Assembly: GCA_023251895.1 (NCBI GenBank)
Contig: JAHEXX010000001.1
Span: 18,965 to 71,704, forward strand
DNA from: a bacterium
GTDB lineage: Bacteria > Actinomycetota > UBA4738 > HRBIN12
Length of the DNA: 52,740 nt
Direction of reading: 5' to 3'
The translations under genes were made by a program, and so were the position numbers. This document shows positions 35,359 to 43,303 of this stretch, in pieces. The notes beneath the pieces are model-generated. The model saw only the letters and a list, made by a program, of their open reading frames with translations. It did no database searches and was not told the origin of the DNA. Position 1 is the stretch's first letter, and each line of letters begins with the position of its first letter.

Positions 35359-37182
35359 ATGCGTGTACGTCGCCGGCCGCAGCGTGGGATAGCCGCTGTG
35401 GCGCTCCTTGCTCTGTTCACATCCTTGCCGCTTCTGCAGGCGCAGGCCGTTTCGCTGTTCAGCGACGGATTCGAGTCCGGGCTGGTTCCCCCGTGGACGG
35501 CCTCTGCGTCGTTCACCCGCCAGAACACGCTGGTCCACTCGGGCTCGTGGGCTGGCCGGGCCACCGGGACGGCCGCCTACGCCTACGAGTCGCTGGCCTC
35601 CACGCAGTCGAACGTGTATTTCGACTCCTTCATCCGCGTCGTGTCCAACGCGGGGGGGACGCCGGTCCTCCGGTTCCGCGACAGCGGGGGGACCAACCTC
35701 ACGTCGATCAACATCACCATTGCCGGCGCCTTGCAGCGGAAGATCGACATCGTGACGGGCCAGGACAAGACCAGCGGGACGGTCGTCACGCAGAACGTGT
35801 GGCACGAGCTGCAGCTGCACGCGCAGATCAACGGGATCTCCAGCGTGTACGAGGTGTGGCTGGACGGGACCAAGGTGAACGACATATCCGGGACCGTCTC
35901 GATGGGGACCGCGCCGGTGGGGCGGGTCCAGCTGGGGCGGCAGGCCGGCAGCACCGCGTACGACATCGCCTTCGACGACATCGCCGCCGATACCGCCTTC
36001 ATCGGCGGCGGGGGCGGCTGCACCACACCCCCCGCGCCCACGAACCTGCACCAGACCTCCCCGCCGACGGCGAACCAGGTGAACATCGCCTGGAACGCCT
36101 CGGCCGGCGCGACGGGGTACAACGTCTACCGGAGTCCCGGCCCGAACCCGGGGAGCGTCGGCAACACGACCTCGTTCCAGGACAACGGTGTCGCTCCGTC
36201 GACCCAGTACAACTACCAGGTCTCTGCCACCGACGGGGCCTGCGAATCGCCGCTCTCGACCCCGCCGCTTGGGCAGCTCACGCCGGCCGGCGGGGGTGGC
36301 GGCGGCGACAAGGTGATCACGGCCGCCGGCGACATCGCATGCGACCCGGCGGACACGTACTTCAACGGCGGGAACGGCACCTCGACCAGGTGTCGGCAGA
36401 AGGCTACGGCGACCCTCTTGACCGGTGATGCGGTACTGCCCCTGGGGGACGAGCAGTACGAGTGCGGGGGGGGGACGGCGTTCACGCAATCCTACGGTCC
36501 GACCTGGGGGGCCGCGTCCGCCACCAAGGTCCACCCGACGGTCGGGAATCACGAGTACGACACGTCCGGCGGAACCGGCTGCGGGACCAACGCCGCCGGG
36601 TACTTCGGGTACTTCGGCGGGGCGGCAGGCGATCCGACCAAGGGCTACTACAGCTGGAACCTCGGATCCTGGCACTTCATCGCCCTGAACTCCGAGTGCG
36701 CGCAACTGCCGAAGGGCACCGGCGTGGACGGCTGCGACCAGGGTTCGCCCCAGGACAGCTGGCTCGAGACCGACCTGGCTGGCAACACACAGCCTTGCAT
36801 CCTGGCCTACTGGCACCAGCCCCTGTTCGCGTCGAACGGGGCGGCTCCCCTCACGAAGTACAAGGCCTTCTGGGCGGACCTGTACGCGGCCCACGCGGAC
36901 CTCGTGCTGAACGGCCACCGTCACTTCTACGAGCGGTTCGGCACGCAGGACCAGAACGGGGCCGCGAAGTCCGACGGCATCCGGGAGTTCATCGTGGGGA
37001 CCGGTGGCAAGAGCCACGGCGGCCTCAAGACACCGCTGGCGGCGAACAGCGAGAAGGGCGACTCCAAGACGTTCGGCGTGCTGAAGCTCACACTCCACGC
37101 GAACAGCTACGACTGGCAGTTCGTCCCGATCGCAGGATCGAGCTTCACCGACTCCTCCAGCTCCAGCGTGGCCTGCCACTGA
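35359..37182 (+). CDS. Secreted LamG-like plus fibronectin type III plus metallophosphoesterase protein
   Basis: Same architecture as 33709-35238, with an about 100-aa insert (nt about 36007-36309) reading PAPTNLHQTSPPTANQVNIAWNASAGATGYNVYRS...YNYQVSATD (FN3). Metallophosphoesterase motifs are conserved. Confidence 0.8.
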   Translation: MRVRRRPQRGIAAVALLALFTSLPLLQAQAVSLFSDGFESGLVPPWTASASFTRQNTLVHSGSWAGRATGTAAYAYESLASTQSNVYFDSFIRVVSNAGGTPVLRFRDSGGTNLTSINITIAGALQRKIDIVTGQDKTSGTVVTQNVWHELQLHAQINGISSVYEVWLDGTKVNDISGTVSMGTAPVGRVQLGRQAGSTAYDIAFDDIAADTAFIGGGGGCTTPPAPTNLHQTSPPTANQVNIAWNASAGATGYNVYRSPGPNPGSVGNTTSFQDNGVAPSTQYNYQVSATDGACESPLSTPPLGQLTPAGGGGGGDKVITAAGDIACDPADTYFNGGNGTSTRCRQKATATLLTGDAVLPLGDEQYECGGGTAFTQSYGPTWGAASATKVHPTVGNHEYDTSGGTGCGTNAAGYFGYFGGAAGDPTKGYYSWNLGSWHFIALNSECAQLPKGTGVDGCDQGSPQDSWLETDLAGNTQPCILAYWHQPLFASNGAAPLTKYKAFWADLYAAHADLVLNGHRHFYERFGTQDQNGAAKSDGIREFIVGTGGKSHGGLKTPLAANSEKGDSKTFGVLKLTLHANSYDWQFVPIAGSSFTDSSSSSVACH

Positions 37183-37202
37183 GCCTGCGGAGCCTCGGTC
37201 TC

Positions 37203-37224
37203 GGCGCCGGTCCCACCCGGCGCC
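37203..37224 (+). terminator. Hairpin GGCGCCGG tcccac CCGGCGCC after the second metallophosphoesterase gene
   Basis: 8-bp perfect stem, 20 nt after the stop. No U-tract. Confidence 0.4.
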
Positions 37225-37233
37225 GAAACCGGA

Positions 37234-37239
37234 TAGGCT
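37234..37239 (+). promoter_or_regulatory. -10-like TAGGCT placed for a leaderless transcript of the PAS gene
   Basis: TAGGCT ends 7 nt before the ATG at 37247 and no SD is present. The same GGATAGGCT motif lies upstream of the two metallophosphoesterase genes. Confidence 0.4.
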
Positions 37240-37246
37240 CCCGAGC

Positions 37247-37657
37247 ATGGCCGAGACGACGCGCCAGAGGAGCCTGGTCCTGATCTTGGCCCGCGACCTG
37301 GCCTCGATCCTCGCCACGCCGGTCTTCATCGTCGACGCAGCGGGCGATCTCGTGTACTTCAACGAGGCCGCGGAGGCCGTCCTGGGCCGGGCCTTCGTCG
37401 AGAAGCAGGACATGTCGGCGGATGAGTGGGCGACGGCCTTCCAGCCGGTGGACGACCAGGGGCGGCCGATCCCTTTCGAAGATCTGCCGCTCGGCGTGGC
37501 CCTCACGAAGCGGGTCTCGGCGCACGGTTCCCTTCGGATCGTGGGGGCGGACGGCGTCGGCCGGCGCATCGATGTCACCGCGCTCCCGCTGTTCGCCCGG
37601 GCGGACGAGTTCGTGGGCGGGATGGCCGTGTTCCAGGAGCTTCCCGAGGGAACCTGA
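37247..37657 (+). CDS. PAS domain protein (stand-alone sensor)
   Basis: 136 aa. VFIVDAAGDLVYFNEAAEAVLG...RIDVTALPLF...FVGGMAVF matches the PAS fold pattern. Confidence 0.65.
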   Translation: MAETTRQRSLVLILARDLASILATPVFIVDAAGDLVYFNEAAEAVLGRAFVEKQDMSADEWATAFQPVDDQGRPIPFEDLPLGVALTKRVSAHGSLRIVGADGVGRRIDVTALPLFARADEFVGGMAVFQELPEGT

Positions 37658-38500
37658 GTGCGGGCCCGGATCTGGGGATGCAGGGGCTCCCTGGCGACGC
37701 CGGGCCCCGAGACAGTTCGTTACGGGGGGAACACGTCCTGCATCGAGCTCCGGCTGGGCGACGGGTCGTTCGTGGTCCTCGACGCGGGGACCGGCATCAG
37801 GGAACTGGGACGGGCGCTGGGGGCCGACCGGCCGTCGCGCATCGACCTGCTGCTGACCCACCTGCACCTCGACCACCTGGAGGGGTTGCCGTTCTTCGCG
37901 CCGATCTGGGACGAGGGAACCGAGCTGCACATCTGGGGGCCGCCCTCGCCGGTGAAATCGCTCGAGGATCGCATCGCCATCTACTTCTCGCCGCCACTGT
38001 TCCCCGTGCACCTGTCGGAGATCCCGGCGCACCTGGTCTTCCACGACGCGCTCGACTCCGAGTGGCGCATCGGCTCGGCGTCGATCGCGGCCCACCCCAT
38101 CTCCCATCCCGGCCCCACCGTGGGGTACCGGGTGGAGGAGGATGAGCGAGTGCTCGCCTACCTCACCGATCACGAGCCCGCACTGGGAACGGACCTGCAC
38201 ACGGCGTCGCCCGACTGGGTCTCGGGGTATGCGGTGGGGCAAGGGGCGGACGTGCTCGTGCACGACTGCCAGTACACCGAGGAGGAGTACGCGGGCCGGG
38301 TTGGATGGGGTCACTCCAGCACCGAGGACGTCGTGACCTTCGCCCAGCTCGCCAAGGCCGAGGAGCTGATCCTGTTCCACCACGACCCGATGCATACCGA
38401 CGACGACCTCGAACCGATGCTGGCGCGGGTGCGAGAGCTGTGGGGCGAGCCGGATCCACCCTGCCGGCTCGCGCACGAGGGCCTGGAGTTCGAGGTCTAG
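37658..38500 (+). CDS. MBL-fold metallo-hydrolase
   Basis: LLLTHLHLDHLEGLPFF (HxHxDH), later HPGPTVGY and FHHDP. The GTG start directly abuts the PAS gene stop (TGAGTG). Confidence 0.8.
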   Translation: MRARIWGCRGSLATPGPETVRYGGNTSCIELRLGDGSFVVLDAGTGIRELGRALGADRPSRIDLLLTHLHLDHLEGLPFFAPIWDEGTELHIWGPPSPVKSLEDRIAIYFSPPLFPVHLSEIPAHLVFHDALDSEWRIGSASIAAHPISHPGPTVGYRVEEDERVLAYLTDHEPALGTDLHTASPDWVSGYAVGQGADVLVHDCQYTEEEYAGRVGWGHSSTEDVVTFAQLAKAEELILFHHDPMHTDDDLEPMLARVRELWGEPDPPCRLAHEGLEFEV

Positions 38501-38598
38501 CCGGCGCCGGCGGTCCTGGCGTCCCTTGACGGGACGTGGTCGTCGGCGGTATACGGTCGACGTTCGTTCTTCCATGTCTCGAGGTCCAGGTGGTGGCG

Positions 38599-41178
38599 AT
38601 GCGGCGCGTGGTGATGGTGATCGTGTTGGGCGTCGTCGCTGCGAGCGTCGGCACCGGCGACGCTCGAACGCGACGACCCGAGACGACGCGTCTTCCCACC
38701 GGGTGGGCGATCACGCCGGCCGGGCGCCTCCTGACGGTTCCCGCCGGGCGGCCCGGGCTCTCCGGACCGTGGGCGGTCGCGCTCTCGCCGGATGGCACGC
38801 GTGCCCTGGTCACCTCGAGCGGCGCGGCCGTTCAGGATGAGACCACCGAGCTCTTCGACGTCGTGCAGGGACGTCGTACGTCGGTCCGCGTGTACAACGG
38901 GCGCGAGGGCGCTTCGGTCTTCTTCGGTGTGGTCTTCTCCCCGGACGGCCGGCGCGCCTGGGCCTCGGGGGGAGGGCAGGGCGTCGTGCATGCCTACGAC
39001 GTCACCTTGAGCGGTCGGCTGATCCCGACGGGCGAGATCCGGGCGGGCTTCTTCCCGGCCGGGCTGGCGTACGGTCGGACGCCGCTGGGTGATCGCCTGT
39101 ACGTCGCGAACAACCTCGGTGGCCCGTCGGACCCGGACAATACGTACGAGGACCCGCCCGGCCACACGGTGACGGTGATCGACCCCGCCACCTCGAAGGT
39201 GACGGCCAGGATCGACCTGGGAACCGCGCTCGATCCGCTTGCGGTGACGTTCAACCGGCAGTGGACGAAGGCATTCGTGACGAACTGGGCCGGCCGGTCG
39301 GTATCGGTGATCGATACGACGACGCAGCGGAAGGTCGAAGACATCCCGCTCTCGCCGCGGGATTCCCCGCTGCTGGCCGATCACCCGACAGGGATCGCCT
39401 CGAACCCTCAAAACGACGAGGTCTACACGGCCAACGCGAACAGCGACACGGTGTCCGTGATCGATTCACGCCGCGACCGCGTCGCGGCCACGATCGACGT
39501 CGCGCTCGTCCCGGGAGCGCCGAAGGGATCGATGCCGGTTGGCCTCACGGTCAGTCCGGACGGACGCGTGCTGTACGTGGCCGAAGCGGGGGAGGATGCG
39601 ATCGCCGTCGTGGACCTTCATCGGCGCCGGGTTCTGGGGTTCATACCGACGGCGTGGTATCCGTCCGATGCCAAGGTCACCCCCGACGGGCGCCGCTTGG
39701 TCGTGGTGAACACATACGGTTCCGGGGCCGGTCCGAACCGATGCGGGCCGTTCACGCCGCTGCCTCGCTCGAGTTGCCCGAACACCGGGATCAACTACTC
39801 GGCGGGCCTGCCCGAGACCCAGTACATCGGAACGATGGTCAAAGGTTCGGTCGAGATCATCGATCTCCCGCGTTCCCACGACGAACTCGAGCGGCGCCTG
39901 GCTCGTTGGACGGCGCAGGTGCGAGAGAACAACCACTCGGCCGAGCGATCCTGGAAGGTGCCGTCGCCGCTTCACGAGATCAAGCATGTGATCTACGTGA
40001 TCAAGGAGAATCGCACCTACGACCAGGTATTCGGCGACCTCCCCAAGGGCAACGGCGACCCGGCGCTCACCCTGTTCAAGGACGACTCGGCGCCGAACCA
40101 TCGAGCGCTTGCCGGCCGGTTCGTGTTGCTCGACAACTTCTACGTCGACGCGGAGGTGTCCCAGGACGGCCACCCGTGGTCGGTCCAGGGGATCGCGACC
40201 GACTACGTCAACAAGGTCTGGCCTTTCGACTACGCGTGGGCCTACTACAGCAGTTACGACAGCGAGTTCGTGCCGCTGGCCCAGCAGTTCCCGACCGAGC
40301 CGCTCGCCTCGGACCCGTCGATCCCGCGGCCCGCGGCCGCCGCGGCCGCCGGCTACCTGTGGGACGACGCGCATGCGCACGGCGTCTCCTTCCGCGACTA
40401 CGGTGAAGGCACCCCGTGGAACGACCCCACCAACTGCCACAGCGGCAAGGTCTTCTCTTCCCTCACCCACCTGCGATCGCGCTTCGGGACCCACGTCGCC
40501 CCGCGGTTCCCCGGATGGAACCTCGATTGCTCCGATCACGCCGTGCGCGAACCCGAGTGGCGGCGGGAGTTCCGCCGGTACGTTCGCAACGGGAACCTGC
40601 CCAGCCTCGAGATCGTCTACCTACCCAACGATCACACGCAGGGCACGACACCGGGCACGGCCACGCCCGCCTCCTACATGGCCGACAACGATCTCGCACT
40701 CGGTCGCCTCGTGGACGCGGTCTCTCACAGCCGGTACTGGCGCAGCACCGCCATCTTCGTGGTCGAGGATGATGCGCAAGACGGTCCCGACCACGTCGAT
40801 GCCCACCGAACCGTCGCATTCGTCATCAGCCCGTACACGCAGCACGCACGCGTCGACTCGACGCACTACGACACAGCCTCCATGCTCGCCACGATGGAAG
40901 ACCTGTTGGGACTGTCACCGATGAGCATCTTCGATCAGCGAGCGACGCCCATGTGGGAATCGTTCGATGCGTGGCCCAACATGCGGCCCTACGACGCGAT
41001 CCAGCCGAGGGTCATCCCCTTCGGCGCCCGCGGATACCCCCGCAACACCGCGGACTCACCGCTTGCCGGTCAGTCCGCGGCGCAGGACTACTCGGCCCCC
41101 GACGGCGCCGACGAGCAGATCCTCAACCAAGCGATCTGGGAATCGATCCGCGGCGCTCGCGCTCGCTCTCATCGATAG
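38599..41178 (+). CDS. Secreted fusion: YVTN/YncE-type beta-propeller plus phosphoesterase (phospholipase C / acid phosphatase family)
   Basis: Repeats LYVANNLGG, AFVTNWAGRSVSVIDT, VYTANANSDTVSVIDS, LYVAEAGEDAIAVVDL. The C-terminal half starts IKHVIYVIKENRTYDQVFGDL, with later VEDDAQDGPDHVDAHR. Signal-like N-terminus MRRVVMVIVLGVVAA. Confidence 0.8.
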   Translation: MRRVVMVIVLGVVAASVGTGDARTRRPETTRLPTGWAITPAGRLLTVPAGRPGLSGPWAVALSPDGTRALVTSSGAAVQDETTELFDVVQGRRTSVRVYNGREGASVFFGVVFSPDGRRAWASGGGQGVVHAYDVTLSGRLIPTGEIRAGFFPAGLAYGRTPLGDRLYVANNLGGPSDPDNTYEDPPGHTVTVIDPATSKVTARIDLGTALDPLAVTFNRQWTKAFVTNWAGRSVSVIDTTTQRKVEDIPLSPRDSPLLADHPTGIASNPQNDEVYTANANSDTVSVIDSRRDRVAATIDVALVPGAPKGSMPVGLTVSPDGRVLYVAEAGEDAIAVVDLHRRRVLGFIPTAWYPSDAKVTPDGRRLVVVNTYGSGAGPNRCGPFTPLPRSSCPNTGINYSAGLPETQYIGTMVKGSVEIIDLPRSHDELERRLARWTAQVRENNHSAERSWKVPSPLHEIKHVIYVIKENRTYDQVFGDLPKGNGDPALTLFKDDSAPNHRALAGRFVLLDNFYVDAEVSQDGHPWSVQGIATDYVNKVWPFDYAWAYYSSYDSEFVPLAQQFPTEPLASDPSIPRPAAAAAAGYLWDDAHAHGVSFRDYGEGTPWNDPTNCHSGKVFSSLTHLRSRFGTHVAPRFPGWNLDCSDHAVREPEWRREFRRYVRNGNLPSLEIVYLPNDHTQGTTPGTATPASYMADNDLALGRLVDAVSHSRYWRSTAIFVVEDDAQDGPDHVDAHRTVAFVISPYTQHARVDSTHYDTASMLATMEDLLGLSPMSIFDQRATPMWESFDAWPNMRPYDAIQPRVIPFGARGYPRNTADSPLAGQSAAQDYSAPDGADEQILNQAIWESIRGARARSHR

Positions 41179-41279
41179 CCCTCGTCACTGCGGATCAAGA
41201 GTCAGGGCTTCGGCCGTCCGAGGCGGGACCAGAAAGACGTGGTCAAGTTTGACTAGTCCCCGGGCCGATACCCCCGGTT

Positions 41280-42389
41280 ATGAGGGGGAAACTGGTCTGG
41301 GCGACGCTCGGCTTCCTGGCCGTGGTCCTGGCCATGCCCGTGGCCCAGGCGACCGACACGGTCCAGGTGCGGCTCGGGGATGACCTCGCCGCGCTCGTCC
41401 TGAGCTCGGCTCCGGGAACTACGTTCCTGCTGCCGGAGGGCCGGTTCTCGATCGCCCGCACGGTGGCGCCGCTCGACGGCGACCGTCTGATCGGCGCCGG
41501 CGCGGGCCTCACCGTCATCTCCGGTGGAGGCGCGATGGACTGCATAGGGGGGAGCAGCTCCGGGGTCGAAGTGGCCGGGCTCACCACGACCGGCTGCGTG
41601 AACGGGATCCGCCCCCGCACGCGATGGAACGTTCACGAGGTCGAGGCAACTGGGAACCAGATCGGGATCCGAATCTCCGGGGACAACGTGACGCTCACCT
41701 CGTCCGCGTTGCACGACAACACCCGCTACGGACTGGTCGCCTCCGGCGTGGGGAACCGCATCGTCGGGAACGATATGGCTCACAACCGCACCGACACCAC
41801 GTACAACGCGAGCGGCTCGAAGTGGGTGCACTCGACAGACACCCTGATCCAGGGCAACTTCGTCCACGACAACTACGGGAACGGCATCTGGCTCGACGAG
41901 GAGTCGCGTGGCTCGATCATCGACGGCAACACCGTCGTGAACAACGCCGACGACGGGATCCGCGTGGAGATCTCCTCCGATACGCGGATCACGAACAACC
42001 ACGTCGAGGGCAACGGTGGCAGCGCGATCGACGTCGTCAACAGCCGAGGCACGCTGGTTCAGGTCAACACGGTGTCGTCCCCCTCCAGCCAGCCGATCGT
42101 GGTCCGGTTCCTGGGTAACGGGCGTATGTCCGCCTCGCGCGTCGAGTACACGAACACCGACAACCACGCCTACTCCAACGCCATCCGGCTAGTGGGGACG
42201 CAGCTGGTGGGCGTGTTCCGCACGGCCGGGACGACCGGCGGGAACTCCTTCGACCTCAACTCGTACACGGCACCCGACGCCGGGCGCCACTGGAAGTGGT
42301 GGACCGGCTCCGCCAACGTCAAGGCCGACTGGACCGGCTGGAGAGGCGCCTGCTCCCAGGACTCCTCCGGAAGCCTCACCTTCGGCTGA
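41280..42389 (+). CDS. Secreted right-handed parallel beta-helix repeat protein
   Basis: Signal peptide ending AQA. Repeated GN..H.N / DNxxxGI turns (IVGNDMAHN, IQGNFVHDNYGNGIWL, IDGNTVVNNADDGIRV, ITNNHVEGNGGSAIDV). Confidence 0.75.
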   Translation: MRGKLVWATLGFLAVVLAMPVAQATDTVQVRLGDDLAALVLSSAPGTTFLLPEGRFSIARTVAPLDGDRLIGAGAGLTVISGGGAMDCIGGSSSGVEVAGLTTTGCVNGIRPRTRWNVHEVEATGNQIGIRISGDNVTLTSSALHDNTRYGLVASGVGNRIVGNDMAHNRTDTTYNASGSKWVHSTDTLIQGNFVHDNYGNGIWLDEESRGSIIDGNTVVNNADDGIRVEISSDTRITNNHVEGNGGSAIDVVNSRGTLVQVNTVSSPSSQPIVVRFLGNGRMSASRVEYTNTDNHAYSNAIRLVGTQLVGVFRTAGTTGGNSFDLNSYTAPDAGRHWKWWTGSANVKADWTGWRGACSQDSSGSLTFG

Positions 42390-42585
42390 CCGCGCAGCCC
42401 TGCACCGTGAGGTTCCTAGCGAAGAGGCGTGACATCCGCGTAAGGCTTGTGTTGCAGGGCTATCGGCGGCGAAGCTCACGACAATCCCCCGCCTTCGGGG
42501 TCCCGACTTCGGAGGGCCGTTCGGTCCTCCCGAAGGCGAGCGGTCCGGGGAAGCCTTTGGGCGACTGTGCCCGGGGAGGTGCACC

Positions 42586-42786
42586 TTGGCGATCGTGAGT
42601 GCGAGAGATGGAGTCCAGGTCGGGGAGCCCGAACACGGCAGGGAACCGTGGAGGCGACCGGCGCCGGGGCGGGTGTGCGCCCAGCTGGGATGCCGGACGG
42701 TTCTGTCGACCTACAACGACGGCGATTCGTGCTGGCTCCATTCCGATCCCGAGTACCTTCGGCGGTACTGGGCGGACGGGCGCTGA
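42586..42786 (+). CDS. Small Cys/His-motif protein (putative zinc-binding), function unknown
   Basis: 66 aa. The TTG start has GGGGAGG 7 nt upstream and GC3 is high. Motif: CAQLGCRTVLSTYNDGDSCWLH. Confidence 0.5.
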   Translation: MAIVSARDGVQVGEPEHGREPWRRPAPGRVCAQLGCRTVLSTYNDGDSCWLHSDPEYLRRYWADGR

Positions 42787-42967
42787 AGGGTTGGCTCACT
42801 CGCTCGCCCCCTGGTTCCGGCGGGCTTGAGCGACTTGCGGGGCGAGCGTCGTCGAGCTGCCCCACGGGGGCAACTTAGGCCGCACCAATCGGCGACCAAA
42901 TTGCCCCAGATTTGCCCCGACCGGATCGGCCTGTCCCCGACGAAAGCGCGTTCCCGCTGGTCAGAAG

Positions 42968-43044
42968 TGGTGGGCCCCCCGGGACTCGAACCCGGAACCT
43001 GCGGATTAAGAGTCCGTTGCTCTGCCAAATTGAGCTAGAGGCCC
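42968..43044 (-). tRNA. tRNA-Lys (anticodon CTT), CCA encoded
   Basis: Reverse complement: GGGCCTCTAGCTCAATTTGGCAGAGCAACGGACTCTTAATCCGCAGGTTCCGGGTTCGAGTCCCGGGGGGCCCACCA. Anticodon loop is CTCTTAA. Confidence 0.9.
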
Positions 43045-43086
43045 GGCCGACTATACCAACGGGCGCCCTTCAGCTAGGCGGCCGGA

Positions 43087-43164
43087 TGGGGTGACCGAGG
43101 GGACTCGAACCCCCAGCCTCCAGGACCACAACCTGGCGCTCTAACCACTTGAGCTACGGCCACC
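43087..43164 (-). tRNA. tRNA-His (anticodon GTG) with encoded G-1 and CCA
   Basis: Reverse complement: G-GTGGCCGTAGCTCAAGTGGTTAGAGCGCCAGGTTGTGGTCCTGGAGGCTGGGGGTTCGAGTCCCCTCGGTCAC-C-CCA. Anticodon loop is TTGTGGT. Confidence 0.9.
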
Positions 43165-43267
43165 ACGTGCGTAGCGATTGTAGCAACGGCCCCTCCCGGT
43201 CCATCCGTCGCGACGCGTGCCGCTCATCCACCCGGTTGCCGGGACCCCACCGATGGGGGAGAATCAG

Positions 43268-43287
43268 GTTTGAACGACCGTTCAAAC
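43268..43287. promoter_or_regulatory. 20-bp palindrome GTTTGAACG-AC-CGTTCAAAC, candidate operator upstream of the aminotransferase pair
   Basis: Perfect 9-bp arms. The site is AT-rich in a GC-rich context and ends 16 nt before the ATG at 43304, abutting the SD (GGGGAGG). Confidence 0.55.
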
Positions 43288-43303
43288 AGGGGAGGCGGAA
43301 GGG

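Noticed and set aside
29354-37182. Possible Lhr-MPE (helicase plus metallophosphoesterase) DNA-repair operon, since Lhr is followed by two metallophosphoesterase genes.
   Set aside because: Both metallophosphoesterases carry cleavable signal peptides and LamG/FN3 modules and have their own promoter-like elements, so they are exported enzymes rather than cytoplasmic repair partners of Lhr.
34162-37578. 1138-aa minus-strand ORF, the longest after Lhr in the track.
   Set aside because: It runs antisense across both metallophosphoesterase genes and the PAS gene. The product is Arg/Gly/Pro/Val-rich low complexity with no recognisable motif or SD, while the sense strand has clear domains and signal peptides. 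This is a typical high-GC shadow ORF.
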